From Acaryochloris marina MBIC11017 (GTDB lineage Bacteria; Cyanobacteriota; Cyanobacteriia; Thermosynechococcales; Thermosynechococcaceae), in contig NC_009930.1 in NCBI RefSeq assembly GCF_000018105.1, positions 30,001 through 62,000 on the forward strand: a stretch of DNA of 32,000 nucleotides. Direction: 5' to 3'. The stretch's first letter is position 1. Each line of letters starts with the position of its first letter. The position numbers were made by a program, and so were the translations under genes. Positions 30,701 to 32,000 of this stretch are shown in pieces. Under the pieces are notes generated by a model. The model ran no database searches, was not told the origin of the DNA, and saw only the letters and a list, made by a program, of their open reading frames with translations.

Positions 30701-32000
30701 ATGAGTGCCAATCAACCCGTCCCTTTGCTTTACAGTGGTCAAGTCGGAGACTATTTTGGAACGGAGTATGAAGGGCTGCCAGCCAATGTGCATCCCAGTA
30801 TTAATGACGTTGGGGTGCAACTTATCCACCGCGATTTAATCTATCTTGGTGTTCTCACTTGTTCAGAGTTTTCCCAAGTTCAAATTTACGCATTCGCTAC
30901 TCCAGATCGACAGACAGTCGTCTCGGTGATGGCAGGTGTATCTGAATTATGTGGAATTGATTGTGTTTGTAAGTTTGAAGACGGTAGTTTTCTGACCACA
31001 ACGACAACTCAAATCGCTCATAACGCCTACGATGAGCAGAGACTATTCCGTATTTCTTTCCCAGAGCTTAATGCAGTAGAACTTTTGGAACAACATCAGA
31101 GTTTTGCTCAAGAATTTGAGGATCGATGTGGTGGTGTTCAGGCGATCTTCATTGATCTACTATCACTCGCTCAAATGGTCGATGAATATACGCTCAGGCA
31201 AAGATCTAATCCTGGTCATGGAATTCTTCAGTTCACGACAAGCGTTGCTCAAGCTGGGTTTACCCAGATGATGATGGACGATAACAATGAAGATGATTTG
31301 GATGAAGGCGACGATGATAATGTAGATCAAATTGAATACGATGAAGAAAGTATTGCTCCTTTAATTCAGGCAATACTTCAGGATGATTTAGACCAAATAG
31401 AAACGCTTTTAGCCCAAGGTGCAGAATTAGATCCCAAAGATTGGCAAGAAGAAGTGCCACTTGTAGCGGCGGTCTATCGACAAAATCCCAAGGTGATCCA
31501 ACGACTTATTGCCGCAGGAGCAAATCTGGATAGGCTTGACCTAGCTGTGGATTGTAGTCCGGTTGGTATGGCCATTAAACAAAATAGCCCTAATTTGGTT
31601 ACACTCCTATTACATGCAGGAGCTTCACCAGATTCTGGGGATCTATCTTGGACCGGATTAACTCTGGCCATTAACCAAGACAACTTACCGATTTTAAAAA
31701 TACTTCTTGAGGCAGGGGCTGATCCCAATGCTGACATGGAAGATTATGATCGCGCCATTATGCATGCAGCATCTCAGGGCAACTTAGAGATGGTGCAGCT
31801 ACTTGTAACTCACGGCGCAGACGTCAGTGCTTGGAGTCAAGGCGATACCGCCATTATGAGTGCAGCTCATAATGAACATAAAGCTGTGTATGAGTATCTG
31901 TATCCATTGGTTGATGATGAAACCCGTCGCTATGCTGATAAACATGGACAGGCAGTAATGGCTAAAGCAGCTAAGCGTAAAGCCCGCTTATCCAATAAAG
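30701..32000 (+). CDS. Ankyrin-repeat protein with an unknown N-terminal domain; 3' end beyond the window (absent from ORF track)
   Basis: From ATG 30701 the frame stays open to the window edge (433 codons). It has about 190 aa of unknown domain and an acidic linker (DDNNEDDLDEGDDDNVDQIEYDEE). ANK repeats follow (..LIQAILQDDLDQIETLLAQGAELDP; VIQRLIAAGANLD; LVTLLLHAGASPD; ILKILLEAGADPNA; AASQGNLEMVQLLVTHGADVSA). Confidence 0.75.
   Translation, partial: MSANQPVPLLYSGQVGDYFGTEYEGLPANVHPSINDVGVQLIHRDLIYLGVLTCSEFSQVQIYAFATPDRQTVVSVMAGVSELCGIDCVCKFEDGSFLTTTTTQIAHNAYDEQRLFRISFPELNAVELLEQHQSFAQEFEDRCGGVQAIFIDLLSLAQMVDEYTLRQRSNPGHGILQFTTSVAQAGFTQMMMDDNNEDDLDEGDDDNVDQIEYDEESIAPLIQAILQDDLDQIETLLAQGAELDPKDWQEEVPLVAAVYRQNPKVIQRLIAAGANLDRLDLAVDCSPVGMAIKQNSPNLVTLLLHAGASPDSGDLSWTGLTLAINQDNLPILKILLEAGADPNADMEDYDRAIMHAASQGNLEMVQLLVTHGADVSAWSQGDTAIMSAAHNEHKAVYEYLYPLVDDETRRYADKHGQAVMAKAAKRKARLSNK

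Noticed and set aside
31260-31737. Minus-strand ORFs 31260-31460 and 31474-31737
   Set aside because: They are antisense to the long open plus-strand frame, which encodes recognisable ankyrin repeats.

Overview
The window looks like a mosaic plasmid- or ICE-type accessory region from a cyanobacterium. HIP1 octamers (GCGATCGC) occur at 3385-3392 and 8813-8820. I saw no rRNA, tRNA or CRISPR. Contents from left to right: (1) the 3' end of a sigma-70 gene, an orphan TPS/haemagglutinin-domain secreted protein, and an intact IS630-family IS. (2) A run of small hypothetical genes, a HigB/HigA-like TA pair, and a signal-peptide protein made of Arg/Trp pentapeptide repeats encoded by a 15-nt tandem array. 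(3) An IS5-like remnant and a His/Asp-tailed protein. (4) A two-gene STAND module: a NACHT NTPase whose C-terminus is a glycine-zipper multi-TM block, plus a small upstream partner sharing a 31-aa G/N/Q-rich N-terminal motif. This is my best candidate for an undescribed system, resembling NLR/effector amyloid signalling. (5) A DNA-transfer backbone: a small accessory operon, about 1 kb of repeat-dense, G+T-skewed non-coding DNA (candidate oriT or iterons), a TrwC-type relaxase fused to a Toprim/DUF3854-like domain, and a type IV coupling protein. (6) A nested IS cluster: ISL3 inserted in istB of an IS21 element, which abuts a truncated IS630. (7) An alpha/beta hydrolase, an AT-rich FkbM methyltransferase gene, a Phd/VapC TA pair, and an ankyrin-repeat protein that runs off the right edge and is absent from the ORF track. 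A diverged ~265-bp segmental duplication reveals a conserved 50-aa membrane ORF below the track threshold. All functional calls rest on motif recognition by eye; no database search was run.
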